From contig CAVPSJ010000013.1 in the NCBI GenBank assembly GCA_963708295.1, forward strand, positions 96,001 to 160,000: a stretch of 64,000 bases of DNA, given 5' to 3'. The notes beneath the pieces were generated by a model, which was given only the letters and a program-made list of their open reading frames with translations, did not search any database and was not told the origin of the DNA. The stretch comes from an uncultured delta proteobacterium (GTDB lineage: Bacteria; Desulfobacterota; BSN033; UBA1163). Position 1 is the stretch's first letter. Each line of letters starts with the position of its first letter. Of the stretch, positions 11,334 to 21,496 are shown in pieces. The translations under genes and the position numbers were made by a program.

Positions 11334-11609
11334 TTACTTGGAAACGACCGTGAGAGCATTCACCTCCCGGGTCAGCCGAGAGATTTTTCTGGCAGAGGCA
11401 TTCTTATGAAGAACACTCTTCGATCGAGCCTTCTGGATGAGGGGGATTGCGGTGAGCAAGGCCTTTTTGGCCCCTTCCACATCCTTCCCCTCAATGGCTA
11501 CTCTTACTTTTTTTACCGAGGACTTCACTGTAGATCTGATTTGGAGATTCCGAAGTCTCCTTTTTTCATTCTGCCTTGCCCGTTTAATGGCCGATAAATG
11601 AGTCGCCAA
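11334..11609 (-). CDS. rpsT: 30S ribosomal protein S20
   Basis: MATHLSAIKRARQNEKRRLRN...HKNASARKISRL; GGAGG RBS. Confidence 0.97.
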   Translation of the reverse strand: MATHLSAIKRARQNEKRRLRNLQIRSTVKSSVKKVRVAIEGKDVEGAKKALLTAIPLIQKARSKSVLHKNASARKISRLTREVNALTVVSK

Positions 11610-11721
11610 AATTAAGCCTCCTTCTCTTAATAAATCAAGGAAATCAGTAACATCGAGGGATTGTGAATCTCAAAAATCCTAAATTCCCAAGTCATTCGAC
11701 CTGCCATTGATCTTATTGATT

Positions 11722-11751
11722 TTTTTAACATTCTAGGATAGCGTGTGTCAA
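11722..11751 (-). promoter_or_regulatory. Putative sigma70 promoter for rpsT
   Basis: Minus strand TTGACA-N17/18-(T)TAAAAA with an extended TG. Confidence 0.5.
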
Positions 11752-11844
11752 GGCCTTTTGAAATAACAAATTACACGAATGATAACGAATTTGCCGAATT
11801 TGGGTTTATTCGCTGCATTCGCTGCACTTCGCCTTATTCGAAGT

Positions 11845-13410
11845 ATGTCTGAAAACCATCAGATCGCCAGGGCAGCTACCACCATCGGAATGGCAACTTT
11901 CCTCAGCCGTATCCTGGGCTTTTTCCGGGACATGGTGATCGCCAATTTCTTCGGAGCTGGAATGGCAGCGGATGCCTTTTTCGTGGCTTTTCGGATTCCC
12001 AATCTATGGCGGCGGTTGGTCGGAGAGGGTTCCTTAACCATTTCATTCATCCCTGTGTATACGGAATATCTTACCCGGCAATCGGAAGAAGAGACTCGAA
12101 AGGTCACTCATGTCGCATTCACCCTGGGTGGAGTCATTTTATTGATTCTGACAGTCCTTGGAATTATCTTCTCGCCGATTTTGATCAGGATCGTTGCGCC
12201 GGGATTTATTCAAATACCGGAGAAATTTGAGCTAACGGTTACACTCAATAAGATCATTTTCCCCTATCTTTTTTTCATGGGGCTCTTTGCCCTCTGCATG
12301 GGAATCCTGAATTCCTACAGACATTTCTTTGCTTCCGCCGTTGCTCCGATTTTTCTCAATATCGCCATCATCGTATCCGTCTTTCTCTTTTATCATTCTT
12401 TTAAAGTACCGGTGATGACCCTTGCCCTGGGGGTTCTGGCCGGAGGGGTGATCCAATTTCTCTTTCAGATTCCTTTCCTATGGAAGAGGGGAATTACTTT
12501 CCGATTCAATTTTGATTTCCGAAACCCGGCGATCAAGCGGATCGGCCTTTTGATGGTTCCGGGCCTCATCGGGACCGGTCTTTATCAGATGAATACCTTC
12601 ATCGACATGATTTTCGCCTCCTTTCTCCCGGGTGGAAGCGTTTCCTACCTTTTCTTTGCAGATCGACTCATGGAATTTCCTTTGGGGATTTTCGCTATTG
12701 CCATTGGAATGGCATCGCTTCCAAGCTTTTCAGGACTGGCTTCTCAGGGAAAGATTAAGGAATTGAAAGAGACGCTTTCTTTTACCTTTCGTCTGGTTTC
12801 CTTCATCAGTGTTCCCGCAATGGTGGGACTGATCGCACTCAAAACCCCTATCGTTAACCTCCTCTTTCAAAGAGGACAGTTTGACTATTCTGCGACGGAG
12901 AAAACAGCTTTCGCTCTTCTGTTCTATTCCGTGGGCCTGTGGGCCATTGCAGGGTCAAGGATCATTGCTCCCGCTTTCTATTCCCTCCAGGACACCTGGA
13001 CGCCGATGAAAATTGCCTTAATTTGTTTGGGAGCTAATATTCTTTTTCGAGCGGTTCTGATTTTTCCTTTAATGCATGGAGGTTTGGCTTTGGCCACCAG
13101 TCTTTCTTCCACACTCAACCTTATCCTCCTCTTTAGAAAGTTGGGCCCAAGGTTGGGAGGAATGGATATAAGAAAGAATATTCAATCACTCTTACGAATG
13201 TTGTTGTGTAGTCTCCCAATGGGTTTGGCCGCCTATTCGATCTGTTCAATCGGACATTGGTCCACAACAGGTAACGTTGGGGAAAAGATTTTGATTCTTT
13301 TTTCAGGAATTGCGATTGGCCTCGGAATCTATTTGGCTTGTTCCTATTGGGTGAAGAATGAGGAAATGCTCTTCTTGGTGAATATTGTTAAAAGAAAGAT
13401 GAAACGCTAA
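11845..13410 (+). CDS. murJ: Lipid II flippase MurJ (MviN)
   Basis: LSRILGFFRD, ADAFFVAFRIPN..RRL.GEG and ADRLMEFPLG motifs; multiple TM segments; the upstream ORF extension (11779) is repeat-derived. Confidence 0.96.
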   Translation: MSENHQIARAATTIGMATFLSRILGFFRDMVIANFFGAGMAADAFFVAFRIPNLWRRLVGEGSLTISFIPVYTEYLTRQSEEETRKVTHVAFTLGGVILLILTVLGIIFSPILIRIVAPGFIQIPEKFELTVTLNKIIFPYLFFMGLFALCMGILNSYRHFFASAVAPIFLNIAIIVSVFLFYHSFKVPVMTLALGVLAGGVIQFLFQIPFLWKRGITFRFNFDFRNPAIKRIGLLMVPGLIGTGLYQMNTFIDMIFASFLPGGSVSYLFFADRLMEFPLGIFAIAIGMASLPSFSGLASQGKIKELKETLSFTFRLVSFISVPAMVGLIALKTPIVNLLFQRGQFDYSATEKTAFALLFYSVGLWAIAGSRIIAPAFYSLQDTWTPMKIALICLGANILFRAVLIFPLMHGGLALATSLSSTLNLILLFRKLGPRLGGMDIRKNIQSLLRMLLCSLPMGLAAYSICSIGHWSTTGNVGEKILILFSGIAIGLGIYLACSYWVKNEEMLFLVNIVKRKMKR

Positions 13411-13470
13411 GAAGGAATACCGAATCAGTTCAAGCCGATTCCCTTTTTTCTATCATCGCGTAAGACTGCA

Positions 13471-14625
13471 ATGGAAAAAACGGCAGATGTGGTCATCATT
13501 GGAGGAGGTGTTGTGGGCCTGAGTGTTGCCTACTCTCTTGCCCTGAAGAAGACAGGAAAGGTTGTCCTTTTCGAGAGGGGGCAGCTGGGAGAAGGCTCGA
13601 CGAGTCGTTGTGTGGGAGGGATCCGAACCCAATTTTCGACAGCGATTAACATCCGTTTCTCCCTCGAATCATTGAAGACTTTTGAGCATTTCAAAGAGGA
13701 ATTCGGGGTTGACCCGGAATTTAAGAGAATCGGGTATCTCTTTCTGGGGACTTCGGAGCAGGAGATGGGAGTCTTCAGGGAGAATATCAAACTCCAGAGG
13801 AGTTTCGGCATTCCTGTTGAATTCTTAGATTCTAGCGAAATCGGGTCGAGGTGGCCCTATTTGAGAGTGGATGATGTTCTTGGAGGGACATTTTGTTCCT
13901 GGGACGGGTATGCAGGCCCCAATGAAATCCTCGCAGGCTTTGCCAGTGGTGCGAGGAGGGAAGGGGTGAGAATCCACGAAGGAGTGGAAGTTGTAGGAAT
14001 CTCACTGGAGAGAGGAAAGGTCCAGGGTGTGGAGACAAAAAGCGGAGATATTTCCGCCCCTGTGGTTGTCAACGCTGGAGGACCTTATGCCGCATCTGTA
14101 GGAGGAATGATAGGTGTTCCTATTCCTGTCAAGCCCCTGAGAAGGCAGATTTTTATCACGACTCCTTTCCATCTAACCGACCATTCGATTCCACTGACCA
14201 TCGACTTTCACAGAGGGTGGTATTTCCGCCAGGAAGGGGACGGGTTGCTTCTCTCGGGCCCCATGGACCTGGAGCCGAGTTTTAATCTAAATACGGACTA
14301 TGAGGCCATGGCCGAAGCTTCGGAGAATGCGACATACCGCATTCCGGTTTTGGAAAAGGCCCGTATTGCCCGGGGATGGGCAGGGCTCTATGAAATTTCT
14401 CCGGATCACCATGCTATCCTGGGAAGGGTTCCCGGAGTGGAAGGGTTTATTCTGGCCAACGGCTTGAGTGGACATGGGTTTCAGCACAGTCCTGCAGTGG
14501 GAAAAGTAATCTCCGAATTGATCGTAGACGGAGACGCCGACACCATCGACATTTCCTCCCTTTCGATCGAGCGTTTTGAAAAGGGAGAGTTAGTACGAGA
14601 GTCCATGACTGCCTTTAAGGAGTAA
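13471..14625 (+). CDS. FAD-dependent oxidoreductase, DAO/sarcosine oxidase beta family
   Basis: IIGGGVVG Rossmann motif, GSTSRCVGGIR, WAGLYEISPDH and GLSGHGFQHSPAVG. Confidence 0.9.
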   Translation: MEKTADVVIIGGGVVGLSVAYSLALKKTGKVVLFERGQLGEGSTSRCVGGIRTQFSTAINIRFSLESLKTFEHFKEEFGVDPEFKRIGYLFLGTSEQEMGVFRENIKLQRSFGIPVEFLDSSEIGSRWPYLRVDDVLGGTFCSWDGYAGPNEILAGFASGARREGVRIHEGVEVVGISLERGKVQGVETKSGDISAPVVVNAGGPYAASVGGMIGVPIPVKPLRRQIFITTPFHLTDHSIPLTIDFHRGWYFRQEGDGLLLSGPMDLEPSFNLNTDYEAMAEASENATYRIPVLEKARIARGWAGLYEISPDHHAILGRVPGVEGFILANGLSGHGFQHSPAVGKVISELIVDGDADTIDISSLSIERFEKGELVRESMTAFKE

Positions 14626-14764
14626 GTCTGCGGTAAATATTCCCTCATATTTTTCAAATGTTAAGTAGCAACAATTAACGCAAAATGGTGTCAAAAGATA
14701 TCAAGACGCTTCATGAAAAGAACAGAAATATTGAGAGCTTATCACCTCAACGATATTTTCGAAA

Positions 14765-14793
14765 TTGAGTTTCTAGCAAATTCTGTCTATAAT
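14765..14793 (+). promoter_or_regulatory. Sigma70 promoter
   Basis: TTGAGT-N17-TATAAT upstream of the 14848 ORF. Confidence 0.6.
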
Positions 14794-14847
14794 GATTAGA
14801 GATTCAGGGATTGAATTCCATTGGAAAGGCATGGTGATTAGAACGAA

Positions 14848-15633
14848 ATGGAATCTATCGAACGTAAAATGGATTTTCTCGCACATGAGCGGGATGCTTC
14901 TTTCTCAAATCCATTTTTTATTGAATTGATTCAACAGATTGAGAGTAAACTCGACTCCATCAAAAATTACACTCAAATCTCCAGGGGGAAGTTTAGCGAT
15001 AAGGAATTCGGTGAATATTATTATCGGGTGATAACAGAGGGCATTGAGAAGATGGAGATCGTATTGAATGGCCTGATCGATTATACGAAGCTTCGCACAC
15101 CGATCAGGAAAATGGACACGGTTCACAAAATCATTGGGGAAGTCCTGAAGAAACATCAGGTCAAACTGGAAGAGAAGGGAATCAAGTTGTTAAAAAGATT
15201 TGAAAAGGATCTTCCCGAAACCATCGTTCCTGATGAGCAGCTCAGGTACGTTTTAAGTTCCGTTCTTCTATATGCGATGATCGCGACGCCTCCCAATTGG
15301 AATGTTGCCGTTTCGACGAAATCTCTCTTGATTGAGAAGGTTACCGGGGAGGCTGAGGGTTTGTTTAAGAAGGATGGAAAATATATCGAGATCTCAGTGA
15401 TTTTTGAGGTTCATCGGAGGCGAAGCGAGCTGGCATCGGGAACGGACACCATCCAAAAAGAAGAGGGCCCGGATATCCTCCTTCGTTTTGTCAAGGAGGT
15501 AGTGCTGCGCAATCGCGGGATAATGAAGATGGTGACCAAAGGAACAAGAACTCTTATCTCCTTACGATTCCCCGTTGAACAACGAAAAGTGGTCTACGAT
15601 CAGTCTTTGAACCAGATGAAAAAAAGGTTTTGA
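14848..15633 (+). CDS. Degenerate histidine-kinase-like protein (HisKA/HATPase fold; predicted pseudokinase)
   Basis: HK-like architecture (…L.SIK..TQ helix, F.KDLPE…D.EQL, C-terminal GT…LRFP), but the H, N and G boxes are degenerate. Confidence 0.65.
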   Translation: MESIERKMDFLAHERDASFSNPFFIELIQQIESKLDSIKNYTQISRGKFSDKEFGEYYYRVITEGIEKMEIVLNGLIDYTKLRTPIRKMDTVHKIIGEVLKKHQVKLEEKGIKLLKRFEKDLPETIVPDEQLRYVLSSVLLYAMIATPPNWNVAVSTKSLLIEKVTGEAEGLFKKDGKYIEISVIFEVHRRRSELASGTDTIQKEEGPDILLRFVKEVVLRNRGIMKMVTKGTRTLISLRFPVEQRKVVYDQSLNQMKKRF

Positions 15634-15641
15634 AAAACTCC

Positions 15642-15670
15642 TTGCAGTTTCCAACAAATTGGGTTAATCT
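15642..15670 (+). promoter_or_regulatory. Putative sigma70 promoter for rpmB
   Basis: TTGCAG-N17-TAATCT. Confidence 0.45.
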
Positions 15671-15698
15671 AATAAAATCAAATTTTTGAGGTTCGATT

Positions 15699-15890
15699 AT
15701 GGCCAGGGTTTGCGAGATCTGCGGAAAAGGACCGGTTTTTGGGCATAACGTAAGTCATGCCAACAACAAGACGCGAAGAGTCTGGTACCCCAACTTGCAT
15801 AAGATAAAGGCTTCGGTAAAGGGAAAGACCACTCGAATGAGAATTTGTTCGAGATGCCTTCGAACGGGATTGGTCACCAAGGCCGCCTAG
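15699..15890 (+). CDS. rpmB: 50S ribosomal protein L28
   Basis: [33 protein letters not shown]; zinc-ligand Cys retained. Confidence 0.98.
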   Translation: MARVCEICGKGPVFGHNVSHANNKTRRVWYPNLHKIKASVKGKTTRMRICSRCLRTGLVTKAA

Positions 15891-15999
15891 CAAAGATGTA
15901 AGTCATGGTGTCTCATCGTCGCGTCGTCTTATCGTCCGACAGTTCTTGGAGCAGATGACTACAAGTCCCGACGACTACGGGACGACGTGACTATTCGAG

Positions 16000-18171
16000 T
16001 TAGGATTCTGCCTGCACATCCACCTTCACTCTTTCAACCCCATAGACCCCCTTAATTTTCCCGATGCCACGAATGACCTTATTCAGGTGGTTTAGATCCC
16101 GTATCTCTACCTCAAAGGTGCTGATAGCCTTTTTATCCTCCGTCGTATCTACCCTGGCATTCTTGATGTTGGCTCCATTCGAGGAGATGGAATTACTGAT
16201 CTCGCCCAGCAGGCCTTTCTTGTCGTCAGAGTGGATTCGGACGCGTACGGGATAGCTGTATTCCTTCGTAGAATCCCATTCGACTTCGACCTTCCGATTT
16301 GGATCATCATCCTTTGCATTTTGACAGTCGGCAGCATGAATCGTCACCCCTCGCCCCCGGGTGATGAACCCGATCACCCTGTCCCCCGGCAGGGGGTTGC
16401 AGCATCCCGCGTAGCGGACCATCACGTTATCGATCCCTTTGATCAAGAGAGCATCCTGGGGGCCACGAGTAATCTTTCTAAAAAGGGTCCTTAAACGTCC
16501 TTCTTCTTGCTCCTCCCTTTGCTGCTCCAACCGCTCCTGAGGGAGGATCTTCCCAATGATCTGGTTGGCGGTTATCTTCCCGTAACCTACGGCAGCGATG
16601 AGATCATCGACGCCTTGGTAGCTGAATTCATTGGCGACCTTTGCGAGATCTCCACTCTTGATCAATTTTGCCTGCTGGAGGTCGTATTTCCGGAGTTCCT
16701 TCTCCAGGATTTCTTTTCCAAGATTGATTGATTTTTCCCTTTCCTCATTCGTAAACCATTGGCGAATCTTCGTTTTTGCCCGTGCCGTCTTGACAAACTT
16801 AAGCCAGTCTTTGCTGGGCTTCTGGTTGGGCGAGGTCATGATCTCGATCGTATCCCCGCTCCGGAGTTCATATCTCAGGGGGACGATCTTGCCGTTCACT
16901 TTTGCTCCGGAACAGTGGTCCCCGACATCGGAATGGATGCTATAGGCGAAATCGACAGGAGTCGCCCCGAAGGGGAACTGCTTCACCGCCCCTTTGGGAG
17001 TAAAGACATAGACCTCGTGAGGAAAGAGGTCCACCTTGACGCTCTCGATAAATTCTGCGTCATCTTTCAGATCCCGTTGCCATTCCAGCAGTTGCCTCAG
17101 CCAGGTGAAGCGTTTATCCTCGGCTTCTTCGACGACTTTCCCCTCTTTGTATTTCCAATGGGCGGCAATGCCTTCCTCGGCAATTTTATGCATTTCATGG
17201 GTTCGAATTTGGATCTCGATCCGCTCCCCGTAAGGTCCGATCACTGTGGTATGAAGGGATTGATACATATTCTCTTTCGGAAGGCCGACGTAGTCTTTGA
17301 ATTTCCCGGGAATGGGTTTCCAAAGGGAATGAATGATTCCTAAGACATCGTAGCATTCTTTAATGGAACTGACGATGACCCGGAAAGCGGTGATATCATA
17401 AACCTGAGCAAAGTCGAGGTTCTGTTCCTTCATCTTCAAGTAAATGCTATAAATCTGTTTTAATCGACCGGTGACCTCGGAGTCAATGTGATTTTCATAG
17501 AGTTTCTTCACCAAGGTGCGTTTGACCTCTTCGATGTAACGGGTTCTCTCCTTTTCTTTCTTCGCGATCTTGCGCTGGATCTCATCATAGATTTCGGGAT
17601 GAAGGTACTGAAAAGCCAGGTCTTCGAGTTCCGATTTGATCCAGTCAATCCCGAGCCGATGGGCCAGGGGAGCGTAGATGTCGAGGGTTTCCTGAGCGAT
17701 TTCGACCTGTTTCTGAGGGTGGTGATATTTAAGTGTCCGCATGTTGTGGAGGCGGTCGGCCAGTTTAATCAGGATGACCCGAATATCCTTTACCATGGCC
17801 AGGATCATCTTGCGGAAGTTCTCCGCCTGGTGTTCTTCGGAAGATCGCAGAGAGATCATGCTGATCTTGGTCAGTCCGTTCACCATCTGTGCGATCTCTT
17901 CCCCGAAGTTCTCTTGAATTTCTTTGAGCGTGGTCAGCGTGTCTTCCACGGTATCGTGAAGCAATCCGGTAGCCACACTGGCCACGTCCAGTCTCAATTG
18001 GGTCAGGATTCCGGCAACCTCCAAGGGATGATTGAGGTACGGTTCTCCGGAGAGGCGGACCTGCCCTAAATGAACTTTGGCAGAAAAGACATAAGCCTTT
18101 CTGAGGAGTTCAATGTCCGCATTGGGATTATAGGAGATTAATCTTTCCAGGATGTCGTTGAATCTTAACAT
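16000..18171 (-). CDS. spoT: Bifunctional (p)ppGpp synthetase/hydrolase (long RSH)
   Basis: Intact HDTVED hydrolase motif, IKLADRLHNMRT, YQSLHT and EIQIRT; TGS (VFTPKG), CC and ACT domains. Confidence 0.96.
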   Translation of the reverse strand: MLRFNDILERLISYNPNADIELLRKAYVFSAKVHLGQVRLSGEPYLNHPLEVAGILTQLRLDVASVATGLLHDTVEDTLTTLKEIQENFGEEIAQMVNGLTKISMISLRSSEEHQAENFRKMILAMVKDIRVILIKLADRLHNMRTLKYHHPQKQVEIAQETLDIYAPLAHRLGIDWIKSELEDLAFQYLHPEIYDEIQRKIAKKEKERTRYIEEVKRTLVKKLYENHIDSEVTGRLKQIYSIYLKMKEQNLDFAQVYDITAFRVIVSSIKECYDVLGIIHSLWKPIPGKFKDYVGLPKENMYQSLHTTVIGPYGERIEIQIRTHEMHKIAEEGIAAHWKYKEGKVVEEAEDKRFTWLRQLLEWQRDLKDDAEFIESVKVDLFPHEVYVFTPKGAVKQFPFGATPVDFAYSIHSDVGDHCSGAKVNGKIVPLRYELRSGDTIEIMTSPNQKPSKDWLKFVKTARAKTKIRQWFTNEEREKSINLGKEILEKELRKYDLQQAKLIKSGDLAKVANEFSYQGVDDLIAAVGYGKITANQIIGKILPQERLEQQREEQEEGRLRTLFRKITRGPQDALLIKGIDNVMVRYAGCCNPLPGDRVIGFITRGRGVTIHAADCQNAKDDDPNRKVEVEWDSTKEYSYPVRVRIHSDDKKGLLGEISNSISSNGANIKNARVDTTEDKKAISTFEVEIRDLNHLNKVIRGIGKIKGVYGVERVKVDVQAES

Positions 18172-18242
18172 TGGATAAACCCATCTTACTCGTAACTATT
18201 AGAAAATTCAAGGGGGTTGTTCCCTCGGTCTCAGAAAAACCT

Positions 18243-18271
18243 TTGACAGTGACTAAAATAGAATCTATAAT
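18243..18271 (+). promoter_or_regulatory. Consensus sigma70 promoter for the HlyD/ABC operon
   Basis: Perfect TTGACA-N17-TATAAT. Confidence 0.8.
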
Positions 18272-18304
18272 AATTTCCTTTATGTGTGAGATTAAGAGGG
18301 CAGA

Positions 18305-19310
18305 ATGAAGCGGATTTTACTGATCGTCATCGCAGCCATGGCTGTCGCCGGCTTTATCTATTATCTTCTGACGAGAAGTAAGGAGGAAGAAGCGGCTTTT
18401 ATCAAGGTTTCAGGAAATATCGAGGCCACGGAGGTGGATGTAGGGTTCAAGGTCTCAGGGAGGATTGTCAGCCGTTTCTACGAAGAGGGGGATTGGGTCG
18501 AACAAGGGAAGGTTCTGGCCAAGCTGGACGACGAGGATCTTCGCAACCGGCTTGAAGTGGCACGGGCCACCCTGATGTCGGCGCAGGCTCGACTAAGGAA
18601 GCTGCTTGCGGGGTCAAGGCCGGAGGAAATAAAGCAAGCTGAAGCCAGTCTCCACCAGACTCAGTCTGATCTTAAGAATAAGCAGGTTCAGTACGAACGG
18701 ATGAAGGGTCTCTATGAGAGGGGGGTGATTGCTAAGGAGGCCTTTGACAATGCGGAGACGAGCTATCAGATCGCCCAGGCTGCCGTGCAAGTGGGCGCGG
18801 AGAATTACCAACTCGTGAAGGAAGGACCGAGAAAAGAGGATATCGAAGATGCAAGAGCTCAAGTGGAACAGGCCCGGGCCTCTGTGAAACTGAACGAGAC
18901 ACAGCTCAGTTATGCCACCCTCTATTCTCCCATCTCCGGAGTGGTGCTGGTCAAATCGGGGGAAATCGGCGAGGTGGTCAACCCGGGGACTTCCATCCTT
19001 ACCATCGCTGACGTTGAAAATGTTTGGTTGAAGGCCTACATCCCCGAGACCGATCTCGGCAAAGTGAAGTGGGGTCAGGACGTCATCGTGACCACTGACC
19101 TTCGGCCCCAGGAAAGAGTACAGGGGAAGAATTTCCTTCATCTCTTCTCAGGCCGAATTTACACCCAAACAGATTCAGACGGAAAAGGAGAGAGTGACGC
19201 TGGTCTATCGGATTAAGGTGGATATCTCCAATAAGGACCATGAGCTCAAGCCCGGCATGCCAGCCGATGGACGGATTCTCCTGGAATCGTCTTCTCTGAG
19301 AAAACCATAA
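18305..19310 (+). CDS. HlyD-family membrane fusion protein (YbhG-like); one +1 frameshift near 19110, probably sequencing error
   Basis: VSGNIEA, SPISGVV...GEVVNPG; the conserved C-terminus ISSQAEFTPKQIQT...VYRIKV...LKPGMPADG continues in another frame to TAA at 19310. Confidence 0.85.
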
Positions 19311-19347
19311 TGCCAATGGTTTCATGAAAATAATAATTGTATCCTTA

Positions 19348-19541
19348 AATTCCAAATCACAAATTCCTGAGTCCGAATCTCGAATGGCCTCCTCACCCCA
19401 CCCTCTCCCCTCAGGGGAGAGGGAAGGGGGAGGGGTTTTGAAATTTTGAATTTTGGACACTGGAATTTATTTGGTATTTGGCCTGCCTGCGCGAAGCCCC
19501 CGCCCTGCGGGGCGGAGGCAGGTGCTTGGAATTTGGTGCTT
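19348..19541. repeat. AAATTCC/GGAATTT heptamer element with nested CCTCACCC..CTCTCCCC..GGGGAGAGGG and CCTGCC..GGCAGG units
   Basis: Three nested palindromic units visible between the hlyD stop and the ABC ATPase start. Confidence 0.75.
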
Positions 19542-19547
19542 GCTCCT

Positions 19548-20486
19548 ATGCTCTCCATTCAAACCACCCATCTGACCAAGTCTTTCGAATCATTGACCGC
19601 TGTCAAAGATTTGAGCCTGGAAGTTAAAACAGGCGAGATTTTTGGCCTGGTCGGTCCGGACGCCTCCGGGAAAACGACGACACTCCGGATGTTATGCGGG
19701 ATTCTTCCTCCGGACGGAGGAGAGGCAACGGTAGCAGGATGTGACATTCGGAAAGAGACAGAGTCTCTGAAAGAAAAGGTCGGTTATCTTCCCCAGCGCT
19801 TTGGACTCTACGGGGATCTCACCGTTCTTGAAAACATCCATTTCTACGGAGACCTCTATCAAGTCCCGAAGGAGAGAAGAAAGGAACGTATCGAAAGGCT
19901 CCTTCAATTTGCCAACCTGAAACCCTTCGGGAAACGGAAGGCCCAGGATCTTTCGGGTGGGATGAAACAGAAACTGGGACTGATCTGTGCGTTGATCCAT
20001 ACGCCTGAAATCCTTTTCCTCGATGAACCCACCACGGGAGTCGATCCTCTGTCCCGGAGGGATTTCTGGATCTTCCTTTACGATCTACTGAAAGAAGGGG
20101 TGACGATCCTTTTCTCAACTTCCTATCTGGATGAAGCCGAGCGTTGCAGTCGTGTCGGCCTGATTTATCAGGGAGACCTGTTGATCGCGGATACACCTTC
20201 TTCGATAAAGGCCCGAATCGGAGGGACGATCCTTGAACTGCGGGTCGAGAACCACCAGAGAGGGATGAAAGTCCTTGAAGGGATCGAGTTCATTCGGAGT
20301 CTGGTCTTATCCGGGGACAAGATCCATATCCTTGTCGATGATTCGGAAAAAGCCGAAAACGTGGTCCGAGAGGTGCTTAAAGAGCAAAGGATGGAGATCC
20401 TCGATCTCGTGGTGGTCCGTCCTTCGCTGGAAGACGCTTTTGTCTCCATTGTCCAAAAAAGGCAAAGGAATAATGCTGAGTTGTGA
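19548..20486 (+). CDS. ABC transporter ATP-binding protein
   Basis: Walker A GPDASGKTT, signature LSGGMKQ, Walker B FLDEPT. Confidence 0.93.
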   Translation: MLSIQTTHLTKSFESLTAVKDLSLEVKTGEIFGLVGPDASGKTTTLRMLCGILPPDGGEATVAGCDIRKETESLKEKVGYLPQRFGLYGDLTVLENIHFYGDLYQVPKERRKERIERLLQFANLKPFGKRKAQDLSGGMKQKLGLICALIHTPEILFLDEPTTGVDPLSRRDFWIFLYDLLKEGVTILFSTSYLDEAERCSRVGLIYQGDLLIADTPSSIKARIGGTILELRVENHQRGMKVLEGIEFIRSLVLSGDKIHILVDDSEKAENVVREVLKEQRMEILDLVVVRPSLEDAFVSIVQKRQRNNAEL

Positions 20487-20560
20487 GTTAAGAATGATGA
20501 ATTATTTTATAACTCATCATTCTTACTTAACTCATCGCTCTGAACTGAGAACTCAGTACC

Positions 20561-21496
20561 ATGTCGACTTTCGTCGTCGAGGTGGAAGACCTCGTTAGAA
20601 CATTTGGTAGCTTTGTCGCCGTGGATCATATCCATTTTCGGGTTGAAAAGGGAGAAATCTTCGGATTTCTGGGCCCGAACGGCGCCGGTAAATCCACGAC
20701 CATTCGAATGCTGTGCGGACTCTTGCTGCCTACCTCCGGAAAGGGGAAGGTGGCGGGACTCGATATCATGAAGGAGCCGGAGAAGATAAAGCAGGCGATC
20801 GGGTATGTGTCGCAGAGGTTTTCGCTCTACGATGACCTGACGGCTGCTGAAAATCTCCATTTTTTCGGGGGAATTTACGGCCTCTCCGGTCCATTCCAGA
20901 GGAAGAGGGAAAGTGAGGTTTTAGAGATGATTGGCCTCCAGGGTTTCCAAGAGCGATCCACTCGAACACTGCCTGTCGGATGGAAACAGCGTCTTGCCCT
21001 GGGCTGTGCCATCCTCCATGCACCTTCAGTCCTTTTTCTGGATGAGCCCACGTCAGGGGTGGATCCAATCTCACGAAGAAATTTCTGGAGTCTTATTCAG
21101 GAGATGGGAGAAAAGGGCGTGACGACATTCGTCACAACCCACTATATGGATGAGGCGGAGTATTGCGGCCGGTTGGCCCTCATCTATCAAGGAAGGATCG
21201 TTGCCCTGGGGACTCCTTCTGAATTGAAATTGAAGACGCTCTCACAAGGGGTGCTGGAAGTAGAGTGCGATCCTCTCGTTCCAGCTTTGGACCTCTTGAA
21301 GAAAGAACCTTGGGTTTCAGAATCCGCCGTTTTCGGAGACGGTCTGCATGTGATCGGGAGGGAAGGAGCCGATTTGGAGCGAGAGATCCATGTCCTATTC
21401 CAGAAGCATGGAATTCTTCTTAAAAGGATGGGGAGAATCAGACCTTCTCTGGAAGATGTTTTTGTCTCTCTGATCGAAAAAGAGGATAAGCGATGA
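20561..21496 (+). CDS. ABC transporter ATP-binding protein
   Basis: GPNGAGKST, LPVGWKQRL, FLDEPTSG and TTHYMDEAE motifs. Confidence 0.94.
   Translation: MSTFVVEVEDLVRTFGSFVAVDHIHFRVEKGEIFGFLGPNGAGKSTTIRMLCGLLLPTSGKGKVAGLDIMKEPEKIKQAIGYVSQRFSLYDDLTAAENLHFFGGIYGLSGPFQRKRESEVLEMIGLQGFQERSTRTLPVGWKQRLALGCAILHAPSVLFLDEPTSGVDPISRRNFWSLIQEMGEKGVTTFVTTHYMDEAEYCGRLALIYQGRIVALGTPSELKLKTLSQGVLEVECDPLVPALDLLKKEPWVSESAVFGDGLHVIGREGADLEREIHVLFQKHGILLKRMGRIRPSLEDVFVSLIEKEDKR

Noticed and set aside
19100-19120. Programmed frameshift in hlyD, or in the TRAP/ALDH genes
   Set aside because: No canonical slippery heptamer or stimulatory structure is present, and the pattern matches the other probable insertion errors.
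19446-19547. N-terminal ORF extensions of the ABC ATPase (also at 11779, 30936, 31605 and 52169)
   Set aside because: They are translations of intergenic repeat arms; family-typical starts lie downstream.
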